Positions 1 through 12,330 of a stretch of DNA of 64,000 nucleotides are shown here, piece by piece. Location: assembly GCA_051362555.1 (NCBI GenBank), contig CM120648.1, positions 20,084,587 through 20,148,586 on the forward strand, written 5' to 3'. Source of the DNA: Lingula anatina (taxonomy: Eukaryota; Animalia; Brachiopoda). Positions within the stretch are counted from its first letter, which is position 1. Each line of letters begins with the position of its first letter. Below the pieces are notes generated by a model. That model did not search any database. It had not been told where the DNA came from and was given only the letters and a program-made list of their open reading frames with translations. The translations under genes and the position numbers were made by a program.

Positions 1-1737
1 ACCCTCTGTACATTTTTGGATTAGATTCTGCACAACAATATGCCTCTGTCCAAAGTTTGTAAACAAGATAGATTTGGCTTGCTGATAACCTTGACTTGGG
101 GGCAAAATTACACAATCCTTTATGGCACTCTTTGCTTTCCCAGTGCAAAACTGTATCAAATAGGTCAACCTAACACAATAATCTTGAACCTGGTTTTCTA
201 CATTTATTTCAAAATTTCTCATAAAAGTTGGATAGTTAACAGGGTCCCCATCAAAGTACATAAACTCCCTTTTTGGCATATTAATGCCTTGAATCATGCT
301 AGCATACATAATAGCATCAAGTGAAGGTGGGTTGACATTCTGCAAAGGACCGTGCGCTGGCTGGGGCATACTCACTATGTTTACATACGGCTGCTGCGGA
401 GGTACACTGGTATCCCTATATGCTGGCTGAGTAATCGGAACTCTGGACCCCGTCCCATATGCTGGCTGGGTAACCGGTGCATATGCTGGCTGTGTAACCG
501 GCGCATATGCAGGCTGAGTGATCGGAACTCTGGACCCCGTCCCATATGCTGGCTGAGTAACTGGTGCATATGCTGGCTGTGTAACTGGTGCATATGCTGG
601 CTGAGTAACCGGAACTCTGGACCCCGTCCCATATGCTGGCTGAGTAACCCCTGCATATGCTGGCTGTGTAACTGGTGCATATGCTGGCTGAGTAACCGGT
701 GCATATGCTGGCTGTGTAACTGGTGCATATGCTGGCTGAGTAACCGGTGCATATGCTGGCTGTGTAACCGGTGCATATGCTGGCTGTGTAACTGGTGCAT
801 ATGCTGGCTGAGTAACCGGTGCATATGCTGGCTGAGTAACTGGTGCATATGCTGGCTGTGTAACCGGCGCGTATGCAGGCTGAGTGTTATTTACAGTTGA
901 ATTCAGTGTACAACTGGTGTCAGTCATAGAACAGGTAATGTATATAGGGTTGGCTACTGATACAGGATTATCACTAACCTGCACTTGTGGCAATGTTTGA
1001 TCATGGTAAACAGTTACTGTTGGCAACAATGGAACACTAACATTGCTTGTATCAAGTTTATTTGCATGTTCTTCTAAAATGTTGTCCCACTTTTCATATT
1101 CTTCCTCCCACAGCCTTGCTTCCAATTCTGCACAATCAACTTCATTTTTTACCTTTAGTAGGTTACACTGACTTTCACTCTCTTGTTTTTTGCGCTCTTG
1201 TTCCTGTTCATAGATCATTTGTTTATGCTTCATTTCCTCTTCTATGGAGAGTTGTTTGAGTTTCAGCCTGGCAACCTCGGCCTTTACCTTTGTCTCTTTA
1301 ATCTTCTCACTGACTCGACTACTGGCCTTTGAAGATCTTGAGGAACTAGAGCTGCCTTTGTGTGACGGGTCGGTTAAATGACGCTGTCTATGACGAGATT
1401 CATTCCACTCTAAAAGTCTTTGATCAAATTCAAGTTTATTTTTAACTACACTCTCATAAACTGCACTGGCCTCATTCAAATGTTCTGTCTGCTCTAGATG
1501 GCTTAAAACATCAGCATACTCTAACTGGATTGGTTTCAGCTTCTCAAAGGCTTCATTTAAGCTGTCCTTTTTCTTGATTACTGCCTGATAGTTATCAAAG
1601 TCAAGCATTAAGTTTTCCATTTCATTATAGAGTTTAGTCATCTGTCCCATATAAGCGGCTCTGGACAATTTCAATGTCTCTGCCCTTTCACCTAACACTT
1701 CTGTTCGCATTACTGGGGTTCTCACTCGCGCAGCCAT
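1..1737 (-). CDS. BEL/Pao LTR retrotransposon gag(-pol) ORF, 5' part; runs off the left edge of the window
   Basis: ATG at 1737 is in frame with position 1. Translation starts MAARVRTPVMRTEVLGERAETLKLSRAAYMGQMTKLYNEM and ends ...FDGDPVNYPTFMRNFEINVENQVQDYCVRLTYLIQFCTGKAKSAIKDCVILPPSQGYQQAKSILFTNFGQRHIVVQ, a typical BEL/Pao gag (DUF1759-like) motif set. I spot-checked the frame rather than reading every codon. Confidence 0.85.
   Translation of the reverse strand, partial: MAARVRTPVMRTEVLGERAETLKLSRAAYMGQMTKLYNEMENLMLDFDNYQAVIKKKDSLNEAFEKLKPIQLEYADVLSHLEQTEHLNEASAVYESVVKNKLEFDQRLLEWNESRHRQRHLTDPSHKGSSSSSRSSKASSRVSEKIKETKVKAEVARLKLKQLSIEEEMKHKQMIYEQEQERKKQESESQCNLLKVKNEVDCAELEARLWEEEYEKWDNILEEHANKLDTSNVSVPLLPTVTVYHDQTLPQVQVSDNPVSVANPIYITCSMTDTSCTLNSTVNNTQPAYAPVTQPAYAPVTQPAYAPVTQPAYAPVTQPAYAPVTQPAYAPVTQPAYAPVTQPAYAPVTQPAYAPVTQPAYAGVTQPAYGTGSRVPVTQPAYAPVTQPAYAPVTQPAYGTGSRVPITQPAYAPVTQPAYAPVTQPAYGTGSRVPITQPAYRDTSVPPQQPYVNIVSMPQPAHGPLQNVNPPSLDAIMYASMIQGINMPKREFMYFDGDPVNYPTFMRNFEINVENQVQDYCVRLTYLIQFCTGKAKSAIKDCVILPPSQGYQQAKSILFTNFGQRHIVVQNLIQKCTEG
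415..890 (-). repeat. 24-bp coding minisatellite within gag (PAYAPVTQ repeats)
   Basis: Tandem CCGGTGCATATGCTGGCTG(A/T)GTAA units, with an interspersed longer variant containing GGAACTCTGGACCCCGTCC. Confidence 0.9.
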
Positions 1738-1758
1738 GTCTATGACGAGTCAACTCAC

Positions 1759-2794
1759 TGTTGATAGGAACCCCTTGAACTCCAAGGAAATGTTTCACTT
1801 TATAGAGACAGGCAACAAGACGGGAATGTTGACGGGTTGAACTAATCTTTATTCTTGCTTTCTAACATCCAATCAACCATGGCGGGTTGAAATCAACCGT
1901 GAAACTAAAAGGAAACAAATAACAAAATAAATAAATGAATTCATGACAACTGTAAGAAACCAGTTAAAATACCTGTACTATACCTCAAATGTTCACAATA
2001 TCTTATCGTACAACTTTATTATACTCTCTTCTCTATTAACACACTCTACCAATCGGTTAGCTGAGGTTTGCGTGCCTGCAGATAGCACCATGACATTTAA
2101 GACATCCTTTAACTAAATACGAATGCGTGTTTACCTACACACACACATACATGAACCCACACTGTCATTTAAATAAAGTACATGAAACCTCTTCCCATGC
2201 ATAATATCTACATGACTGCAATTCACAATAACTATTGCATCAGCACTAAGTTCAACTGTTACTATACTATATAGCCTTTGGCAGCTTGATAATACCAAAC
2301 ACTTAATACACACTTGTCTATCTTCCACATTAAACGTATACAACCTTATAGATTAACATTGTTTCTTGGTTTAAACATAACACGGACATTAAACACAATT
2401 TAACTTCCTTGCCACGGATACATTTACACTCACTGACCTTCTAACAATTACTAAACTTGAGAACCCTGCACTACTAAATAACTCAAAAACATGAATTCAG
2501 CAAAACATTAACATCCAGTAAACCAAGTGTAAACATAAACTTACCATTGACTCCCTTGTCTCCTATTAATAGGTCCTGCTTGTCTATAACTTTCAAAATC
2601 TGGACCTGCCTGTCTCTTAAGTTCATAATGTCTGCTTCACATTGCATGGTAAAGCTAGCAGGTCACGTGACTACATCTGACCTATATGTGAATTGTGCTA
2701 GTTGTGCTACTGGCGCATTTTTGCACCTACAGGGTGGGTCAGGCACAGTGCTGTCGTTGGCGTGCACGGGTGCAGGAAAAAACAGTCCGTTACA
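1759..2794 (-). mobile_element. Probable 5' LTR of the BEL/Pao element
   Basis: On the minus strand it begins TGTAAC (2794) and ends ...TCAACA (1759), about 20 bp before the gag ATG. A minus-strand AATAAA lies near 1850. The outer boundary is inferred because the second LTR is not in the window. Confidence 0.5.
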
Positions 2795-4160
2795 GCAACG
2801 ACCTGGCCCTGCAATCGAGAAGTCACGGGGAAAAAAGCCAATGGTTTAGAATAAGTGATCGATTTGACAACAAATTATTACTGGTCATTATCTTAAAGGA
2901 TTCCTTTCTCTTCAAATTTGGCTTTAGAATATTAAAGTTTACTATTTAGTTTGATTTAGATTCTTTGGAATGGTGTCTGATGACATCGGTAGGCCCCTAC
3001 TATTGTTTCACAAGTTTATTCCTTTCTCTTCAGTTTTAAAGTCTTTAAAATGATGTTCAGGTGGGGATGGTCATAGTTCTCTATCCTTTACCAGCTACGC
3101 CACAGATCAAACTTCAATGGAGTCAATAGCAGATCCGGCATGGCGGCATGCATGTCATAGGCCTACTGCCCTTTCAACAAAAGCAAGAAGTTTTTTTTTT
3201 TCAAAAGTCAGGTCGCCACTATTGTTTAACCCAAACATGTTATTGCTTTTTTCATGCCCATCCCCCGTCGTAAGGAATAGTTTTTTCACGTTCCTTAAAT
3301 AATACAAGTTTTCGTTTTAATTGAAAAATTCGGACACCCTATGAAACTACCATGTTGCTATTGAGTGATCGACAGAAACGTATTATTCTCATCTAAATCG
3401 TTAACTTTAGGCACCTAACCTGAAATATTCGAAAGGTTAACCTTTCTCGCTGATAACAATACATCCATGGTTTAATAATTTTACTTGCTATCAAAAATAC
3501 CCAACAATAAACACGAGCATAAAAATCCCGCACACTACACTCTCTCCCCGAATGCACATGCGCACAACTTTTCGTAGCGACTTACAACATGTCGGAGGCA
3601 GTTGTAAATTTACGTGCATATTTACAAGCGTTTGTAACTTACAAAACTTCCAAAATACCAACTGACAAGAACGATCGGACTTACGTGAAAAGTTACAAGA
3701 ATTTGTAAGTTACAACCTTTCGAGAATACGGCCCCAGTTCTTAATAGATGGCGCAGCGAGTAGTTTTTAGAGGACATTGTGTTTTCGGTGCAAAGATGAA
3801 AAACCACCTTCGTCAGGGTTTACAATTGTCTTTTTTATGGATTATGCGATATTTTTCTATTTTTTCTTTTTACCTACACAGTTTGGCAATTTTTTTTCTC
3901 CTTGATTACATCGGCTTATAGAAATATAAATTAATTTTTTTGAAAAAATAAATGTAATTTTGAATTTTTACAAGTGTTAATTTCTATAAACATGTATGAT
4001 CAGGCTATTTTTAAATAAAAGAGAAAAATAACAGGAATAAAAGTTTCAGCAGAGTTTCGTTTTGTTGATATCGAATAAGAATTAAAAAATAATGGGGAAT
4101 ATTTACTGGTCGTTGATGCTGTTTCCCCTCTCAAGCTCTGGCTAAGCGTAGTGGAAACCA

Positions 4161-5210
4161 GGGGGCCAATTCCATAAGAGCATTCTAATTTAGCATGATA
4201 CTAGGTCTTAGAATGATTCTAAATCCCTAGGTGTATACTTGTTAGCAATCAACTAATTTCTATTCCATAAAACCATACAAAGAATCATTCTTACTAGTAG
4301 TTTGCTAAGATTTGGCTAGAATGGTGTCTTCATAGGAAAACCACAAAACCACAGGGTCAGTTTCGCCAAACAATAGGCAGTGACAGGGTGAAAGTTGAAC
4401 TGAGTGCAGGCTGAGGGAAGTAGTGGTCAAGGCATTCCCATGTATTCTATAAAAGCCCTATACAGAAAGTGGTCAAAATAGCAACTTCAGCTTCAGGAAA
4501 GATACAACGAAAGCCAAATTATTCCACACACGAAAATCTCTTTATAGCCAAATGCTATGAGGAATTTAAGGACTCATTAGATAATCAAAACAAGGATGCC
4601 AGCACCAATGCTAGGAAAAATAAAGCTTGTTAAAGCAAACTGAATCAGCACAAGGCAAGGTTTCCTAATGTTTTGAGATCTTTGGAAGACTTGAAGACAA
4701 AACTCTCCAAACTAAAAATGGAATCTCGTGCAAACAAAAAAATATTGAAATTGGAAATTGAACTTTTGGAACATAAACTTAATGCAAGCACACATAAAGA
4801 TGACACTGACCATTCATCATCACTGTATTTCAGTTTGTGACCAATACCATTTATCCACTGTCTGTAAAATAATTCTTAATGTAAATTGTAGGACATTTGC
4901 CTAAAACATTAAATCTGGTGTCAGATCATTAAATACAATGTTCTTTCTTATTTCATTCTCTCAAGCAAGAGTAAAGTTTAGGATCTATTTTGTATAAGTA
5001 ATGCACGTACTCTGTGTCTATTTAACTGTAATAAGGTAATAAGGCATGGTTTCTCCCGGTAGGGTGGGTAATGTCATTTTTTGACAATGTCAGTTTTCAG
5101 CAAAATGCCTTCTCTGGGAAATCTGTATCTTTTTACAAGTTCCACATCATCAAAAATGTTCAACGGATTCCTTCTATCCCGAAACACTCTCCTAGACATA
5201 TCTGTTAAAT
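4161..5210. mobile_element. Internally deleted PIF/Harbinger transposon relic (Myb/SANT ORF plus transposase N-terminus, convergent)
   Basis: GGGGGCCAATTCCATAAG TIR-like start at 4161. + strand ~4502-4740 reads RKPNYSTHENLFIAKCYEEFKDSLDNQNKDASTNARKNKAC*...RSLEDLKTKLSKLK (Myb/SANT-like, with a stop). - strand 5199 to ~5020 reads MSRRVFRDRRNPLNIFDDVELVKRYRFPREGIL, then after a frameshift HPTGRNHAL (HARBI1-like N-terminus). Confidence 0.75.
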
Positions 5211-5893
5211 ATATCCCGACTTTTTTCTTTTTTAAATAATATAATCTTATATAGAAATGAAAAAATGGGTTAAGGAATCAAAGCCGAAAACCTATTGAAT
5301 GATCAGAGAGAGAGAGAGAAAGTGTAGGTGTTTTGCTTTACAAATATCCCCAAGTAATATAATCTTATAGGCCTATAAAAATGAATTAAATGATTACCCA
5401 TGATATGATAGCTTTTTGTAAGATAAGAGAGAGAGAGAGAGAGAGGCGGGGCGGAATTTTGCTGGAATTTTTGGTGAACTTGACCTGGGTGTGGTGTGAA
5501 AAAAATGGACATCGGACTTCGGTCGGACTTGAAGAACAAAACAAACAAGCACAAAAGAAGCACGAACGTAATCTCCTCTCAACTCATCTAACACACTCAC
5601 GTGGTCAAATGCACCCCAGGTCAGCCTCCGGGGGTCATGTAGATACACCCCCGCACCGATAATCCCCTTTGGTAATTTTTTGTATTATGCGCATCTGGTG
5701 GTTAGCTGGTGGCAGGTTGCCGTTTATAACAGCCGGTGGACCACTGGTGTAGGGCCTACTGCTGGTGGTTAGCTGGTGGCAGATTGCCGTTGGTAGGCCT
5801 AATGTAGCTGGTGAACGGTCCACCGGTGACCCATTCGCGAGTTTCTCATCGTAATTGTTAAGTGTAGCTTTTTTTCAAATACGCGTATGCGTA

Positions 5894-6488
5894 GACTCGC
5901 CCTTCAAGAAATCGACGCCTTCAAGAAATCGACGAAAACCGGAAGTGCGTGTTTTTTTGCACTGTTTTTCCTGTCATGCCCACTGTGTTGTCAACTAAGC
6001 GTCTGATACAAAGTATCAAACGCGGTATTCACGTGCTTGCTTGAGATGCGTTCAGTACACTTTGTTTACACTGACAAGTCGAGGTCAGGAATGCACAATG
6101 TTTTTCTATGTAATTACGCAGTTTCAATTTTGATTAGTGAATTTTCTTTTATCTGCATGGTCATTTTCCGAACATTTGTATGAGCCACGAAATATTTCTC
6201 ATCGGAAAATCACCCAGCAGCTTTCCAAGTAGAAGCGAGTGACGTCATGACGCACTTCCGGTTTTCGTCGAGATCTTGAAGGGATAAGCGTTACGGTTTG
6301 CTGCACATTTAAAGCGTTCTGTCTCAAAATGTATTCAACTGCTTGGATTGAAATTTACAGAACTTATTCTTCACATGATATCACACATATGTGCTTAATT
6401 TGAGAGCTTTAGCTGTTATATGTTTTCTACAGTGCCCATTCAAAATTGAAAAAGAGCTATTTTCCGTCGATTTCTTGAAGGGCAAGTC
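5894..6488 (+). mobile_element. MITE with TA target-site duplication (family M1, copy 1)
   Basis: TIRs GACTCGCCCTTCAAGAAATCGAC / GTCGATTTCTTGAAGGGCAAGTC flanked by TA; near-identical copy at 38893-39501. Confidence 0.85.
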
Positions 6489-7639
6489 TATTGTAATAAC
6501 GTTACCTCATTTCGGCGGAAGTGTTTTTTTACCTTTGTTCACTCATTTGGGAGTGCGCAATTTTCTAGCATTTCATTGGCCTATAAAATTTACGTGACGT
6601 AGACCTACTGCACGCGACGGCTGCACGTGACGTCTGCGTCGACCACTCTACTCCGCCTGACTGCTGCCACTGGGCTTCGATTTCACTATATTTCATGTAA
6701 AATAGGTAAGCCTAATAATATTTAAATACACTGATTGACAGATCTTTTCAATGTAGGCCTACATGTAGGAAAAATGTTGATTTATAAAACAGCTTTTTAA
6801 AAAATAAATTCTGGAAATTAGAACATTGTTATTGAGTGGAAGAAACAAAACGCGAAAGCTCCACCTAGGCCTACTATAGCCCTATAAGATATAGGTATGA
6901 AAAAAATTGATTATAAGATTCGTCTTTTGTATTTGAAAGTTTGGTATTTTTGCCTCTTGAAAAGATCGAGTCAATTAAAAGGTATACATTTTCAAAGTGT
7001 ATATATTTTTAAAAAATAAAAATGTAGTTAATCAATGTGTTATGAAGGGTTTTCTGTGGCTTTTATTTACGTAAATTTCATTTTAATAACAATTTAATAA
7101 CAATTAAAATGGAAAAGACCCATAATAGATTTATGAATTATATTGATAACAATTGGAAAAAGTAAAGTTTGCATCTTAAAATAAACCTTGGAATATTACC
7201 AGTGAACATTGGCCCTTTTTCTTATGTGGTCTACCCTGAGTGTCAGAGCAACGTAAAAGCTAGCTTGCTAAATATACCTTGTGGTGGAGTCGCTTTTACT
7301 AGTAGGCCTACCTGGTATTGCTACTATGGGTTATATATGAAATCAAGATCGAGCTGGCAATACCAGAATCTAGAACCTAGGGTAATGTGGTCCTGCCTAG
7401 CTAAATATTATTATTAAAATATCGGCAAAACGTCTGACATATGTACAATGACTTGAAAACTGCGCTGCACTCCAACGAGACAGATGCGACTAATTGCTCA
7501 TTCAATTTGGTAGTTGTGCCGCCACCTTTATTTCTTATTTCAATTTATTAAACCCTTGACCCCAACGGCTCATCAGAATGGAATACAATGACAATATAAA
7601 GTCATATCAACGAACTACCACAACAACAAAAACTACTAC

Positions 7640-7794
7640 TGATACAAATAATAATAATAATAACAATAATTCATTATACTGACGCTAATCTTAGCTCCGA
7701 TGCACATTGTAGGTATTTCCCGAAGTTGTTTAATTGTGAGACATTGTTAAGTGATAATAATTTAATTAGTTTGAAGACTGCTAGCTTTTTGACC

Positions 7795-7800
<6 letters not shown>
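7640..7800 (-). mobile_element. Possible LINE 3'-end fragment
   Basis: Minus strand reads KKLAVFKLIKLLSLNNVSQLNNFGKYLQCA followed by a (TTA/TTG)n tail, resembling non-LTR ORF2 C-termini. Confidence 0.3.

Positions 7801-7871
<71 letters not shown>
7801..7871. repeat. (TA)n microsatellite
   Basis: Seen directly; others at ~13155-13247 (TA then TTA), ~25343-25422 and ~41189-41267. Confidence 0.95.
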
Positions 7872-7874
<3 letters not shown>

Positions 7875-8308
7875 GCCAGGGATCTTCTCTTGAAATAGTA
7901 TTTATTTCAAAACATGTAGGCTTTACACATCACGGTCTCCTCTGCATTCACAGCAGCGAGGCGGTCCGGCTCGCTAAAATTCTCAAGAGACTTGCTTAAA
8001 TTTGTAAAAATAAATAACTAAATAACTCTCGCTGAGATAAATTACTACTAACAGTATTTTTTTATTCAGGTTAACTAAAAATTATAAAGATGGTGAAGTA
8101 GCCATCCCTACGGATCATGTAGAAAGGTGATGAATAAGAAAATATATGGAAAAATTGGTCGTTTATAACTGACCAATATCTGAAGAAATAATACAGTTTA
8201 CATTAAAGTTGTTTTGTGTTTTGTGCGTTTTGGTAGTCATTTTAAGGTATTTTCATTAATTCCAATCAGATTTCTTTACCGATAAATTATTCGTATTATG
8301 GTTTTCAG

Positions 8309-9340
8309 AGATCGTTTCATCTTCACCACCCTCCTGCAGATAAAAGCTATGCTGAAGAATAACATTATTGTTCTTACAAGGTTAGAGCAAAGATTGAAAC
8401 AGAACAAAAGTCCTGATGACAATATTGTCTCAACTGACGAGTTTGCATTTCCTATGGAGACTAGAGAAGATGTGGCAAGGGTTGAAAACATACTTAAAGA
8501 TAAGCATAATGAAATTACTGGTAAGTAAAAAAAAATAATAGTGTGATTTAAATTAATGTAGTGATTGTTGTGCTGAAGCTACATATGGAAAAAATAATAA
8601 GTTGATTTTTAAAATAGTGGTTATTTGATAAATGATTAATATGACATTTTAATCTGAACACGTATCATTTGTTGTATGAATAGGGCCTATATATAAATGT
8701 GCTTTACTAATTAAGAATATTTTATATTTATTTCAAAGGTCAAACCACCTTGCCACACTGGGAGGGTTTTCCTCCAAGGAAATGGTACAGTGTAGATAGG
8801 ATCATGTCTACTATTTTTAAAACTAACATATTGCATGCCAGTGTAACTGGATTGGGAAGTGCGGAAAGGTTGCACTAAAAAACCTGGCCCTTACAAAAGC
8901 AGTGGAATGTTTGCATTTCGTAATGATCAAATAATGTTTGCTTAGATATATTTTTACATATTAATTGTATTATAATGATCCTGAAGTAAAATTACAGTTC
9001 AAAATGTAAAGGTTGTTTCTTCTGAACAACTTTGTCTTTTAAAGGTTTTTACATATATAATCTTAAGGATAAACGCATATCAACCTATTTCTGTCCTTTG
9101 GCGAGACCATTCCGTTTTGTAACTCCTTTTTGAACCATGTTTGCTTACTGTCCAATTTGGCACTGTTAAGATAGGAGTATTAATTAAGTTAAGTTTTTTA
9201 TATTTTCACAGATGCAGGTAGATCGAGAGCTACGGAGGCTGAATAAGACACATGCATCAAATTGTGGCTCAAAAATGCGCATGACAGGGATGGCGGCAGA
9301 AAATTGAGGAAAATAAAAACAAGGAAAAAAGGAGGTAAAT
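8309..9340 (+). pseudogene. Degenerate spliced DUF4806-like (transposon-associated) gene
   Basis: Three exon relics: ...FAFPMETREDVARVENILKDK (GTAAGT donor at 8521); NHLATLGGFSSKEMV..NWIGKCGKVALKNLALTKAV (~8739-8910); EAE*DTCIKLWLKNAHDRDGGRK (~9211-9340). Stops and frameshifts are present. Confidence 0.6.
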
Positions 9341-9752
9341 AAACACACTGGACAAAAGAAGTGTCACCCCCTGCAGAGTAATGAAAGTTATAATGCCTGG
9401 GTCTACTCTTAATATGACTATTGAGTATAAAACCGCTGTACTATGGAATTTTTTGTTTTTTTGTGTGAAATTTGATGTTTATAAAATGATACCAGGAGCA
9501 TATCATTCCAGAGTCATTTATCTCCCCCAAAGTATTGGTTCACTTTTATTGTCCAGTGTGTGTAACAAAAAAATAAAAAAAAAATAAATAAAATTAAATA
9601 AAATTAAATAAAAAACACTGTTAAAGGTGATAACTGTGAAGAGAAATATTAGTTTTACGCATATCTATTTTATCTGATGTTAAATAATCATTTTCCAGTT
9701 ACCTTTGTACGGCATTTCTTTTGTGCGTCTATAGTTTTGCTATGAAAAAAAT

Positions 9753-9825
9753 ACCGGAAGTCGTGTTGCGCAAAGGATTATGGTCTATATGAATAAGGCG
9801 CCATTTTCTTCAACAACCAGGAAGT
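9753..9825 (+). promoter_or_regulatory. Candidate promoter motif cluster (ETS, C/EBP-like, YY1)
   Basis: ACCGGAAGT 9753-9761, TTGCGCAA 9766-9773, GGCGCCATTTT 9797-9807 and CAGGAAGT 9818-9825, about 200 bp upstream of the NHL ATG. Confidence 0.4.
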
Positions 9826-10006
9826 AACAGGACGGAGATTGTGGGATAATGTTGAACATATTTGACAAAGAAAGAGATATGATCTGACCGACTTGTAGGT
9901 ATATGGAGCAAGTGTTTATGTTACTGTGATCTCCAAGCTGCAGCACCAGAAGTGAACATAAAGTTTAGCAATCGCTGACAGAAATATTACAGGATCTACT
10001 GTCGGA

Positions 10007-12330
10007 ATGGAAGCCATGTTAGGGCAGTCTAGACGAGGTGTAAATCCAAGATCAGGACAGGTGACAGTACAGACACAACCTCCATTAGCTGAACAGGAAA
10101 CAAATACAACATTAGCTACACATCCTAATGTTTTCTTAGAGAAGGCAGAATGTGTGCGTTCCTTCAGTGCTAAACTGGAAGATGATAGAAGAGGAATATT
10201 CATAACTGGGTTAGCCATAGATAAGGAACACATGTTTGTTGTGGATAACAACAGGACAAAAGTATTCACACATGAAGGACAATTTAAGTTTAACATTAAA
10301 GTAAACACACCATGGGATGTGGCTGTGTCACAGACTGGTCACCTGTATATAACATCACTGGGTAACAGATGTGTCCAAGTGTACTCCACCAGAGGTCAGC
10401 AGGTGACAACCATGGGTCAGGGTCTACTGGAGTATCCATGTGGTATTACACTGAACAGACAAGGTCATGTGATGGTTTGTGACAGAGTAAAGAAGTCCAT
10501 CTTCACATTCCATGCAGACAGTGGACAGCTCCTGAACACTATTCCACTCAGGATGTGTAGATACCCAGTGTACATCACAGTGAACAGTGTGAATGATAAC
10601 ATTGTGATATCAGACATGTGGGGACACTGTGTACATGTGCTGTCACCTACTGGTGATCATCTGTACAAGTATGACGGCAGCAGAGAAGGCAGTGAACTGA
10701 GTTCACCACGTGGAGTGTGCACAGACAGCTATGGTCACATCTTCATTGCTGACAATGATACAGGGCTCGACATTAGCGCCTGTCCGCCTGTCCGGGACAG
10801 GTAAAAATTCAGTTCGGACAGGTGAAGTTGCAGGGTTGGCTGTCCGACGGACAGGTCATGTTTTATGAGAAATTTGGATCAAAAATCTTTAAAAAATCAT
10901 TTTTTGTTGCATACTAACGTCTTTTTGCCTCTTCCTAGACAACATTGAAAAGAGTGACCTACTTTTGGCACAAAACACATGCAGTCGCAAAACGAAGTCT
11001 GAGCAAACTTACCGTCAAATTATGAAAGTGAACACCCTCCAGAACTTCATCGGACAAAATTTATTCACATATCAGGTTCACTACTGAACATTTATTTAGT
11101 TAAAATCTACGTGCTCTAGTAATAAAGACACTTCCAAAAACAGAAACTACACAAGTACTGTGCTGGAGCCAGATTGGACTGGATGAACTGGCTATATCTA
11201 GTTCGTTGTCAAGGCAACATACTGCCTGTCAATCAAACACGTGGTATGCTATCTACTCACTATAGAAAGTGAAATTTTTGGGACTGAAGATCTTGTTGAA
11301 ATGTTGTTTATTTGCCAAAATATAACCTGAAATTTTGTATGATGCTTTCTTTAATGACTCTAGCATCACCTCTGTTATTTACAGTTTAAAATTTAGTGCT
11401 GGAATATGATAAATTAACATTGCTCTCATATACCAGTGTTATATTGATGTAAGGAAGAAATAAGTAATAACAAATATGAGAATTTAAATAGAAAGAAGGG
11501 GAACCTTTTTATGCTGATTTTATTTAATTCATATATTTTTTAAAAATCAAACATGTGATAACCCCTTAAGAAGTTAAATTGTTGACATAAATATAAGTAA
11601 AGTATTATAAAATGAATATAAAATAATGAATAAATAAAATAATATATATAATTTTCATTGAACTTTATTCAAATATTATAAAATTTGAATATTTTTATAA
11701 AATTATTTTAACAGTACCACCTCCCCACTTCCCGCTCAGTTTTTTTTTTTTTTTTTTTTTTAGCTTTGGTTAAACTTCATGTGAATCTGTTATCAAATTG
11801 CAGACTTATAATTAGTAGACCCTGTACCCCAAATCCTAGGAGAAGCCCTGATGTTAAATATCAGACTTATATGCAAGATTAAATCTTCAGGAGTTTACAA
11901 GTATGAAAAAACAACTTTTTATCTGAACATAAATTCACTTTAAGGTGCATTTTCGGGGCTCATATGACTGAATGTTTTGGTAATATATACATTAATTTAA
12001 ATGTATGACTACACATATTAATTGACAAAGTTCAAAGGTATGAATAGAAAAAAATATTGGTTTTGTGGACAGGTTGGATTGAAAATCGGACAGGTCAAAT
12101 ATATGAGCACCTGTCCGAAGGACAGGTGCTCACAAAAGTTAGTGTCTAGCCCTGTGATAACCACAGGATAGTGGCACTGAGTCCACAGGGACAGTTTATC
12201 AGATACATTGTCACTAAGGATGATGGGTTGAAGTCTCTCAGGGTAGTAGTCATCAACCCTGCAGGTCAGCTGGTGGTGGGAGAGGGGAGAGGCAATGTTA
12301 AGACATTCACGTACATTGAACTGAAACAAG
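10007..12330 (+). CDS. Exon 1: NHL-repeat beta-propeller (TRIM2/3/71-like), interrupted by a DNA transposon at 10761-12154
   Basis: NHL blades PWDVAVSQTGHLYIT, PCGITLNRQGHVMVCD, PRGVCTDSYGHIFIADND. Removing the element and one TGATA restores ...ADNDNHRIVALSPQGQFIRYIVTKDDGL...VINPAGQLVVGEGRGNVKTFTYIELKQ, then a phase-1 donor CAAG|GTGAGT at 12330/12331. Confidence 0.9.

Noticed and set aside
352-900. Cys/Trp-rich 182-aa + strand ORF and His/Gln-rich 155-aa - strand ORF
   Set aside because: Alternative frames of the 24-bp minisatellite; the real frame is the minus-strand gag
3540-3735. TIR-like end CTTTCGAGAATACGGCCCC with TTACAA subrepeats
   Set aside because: Probably a MITE end, but I found no convincing partner TIR, so it is not delimited as a feature
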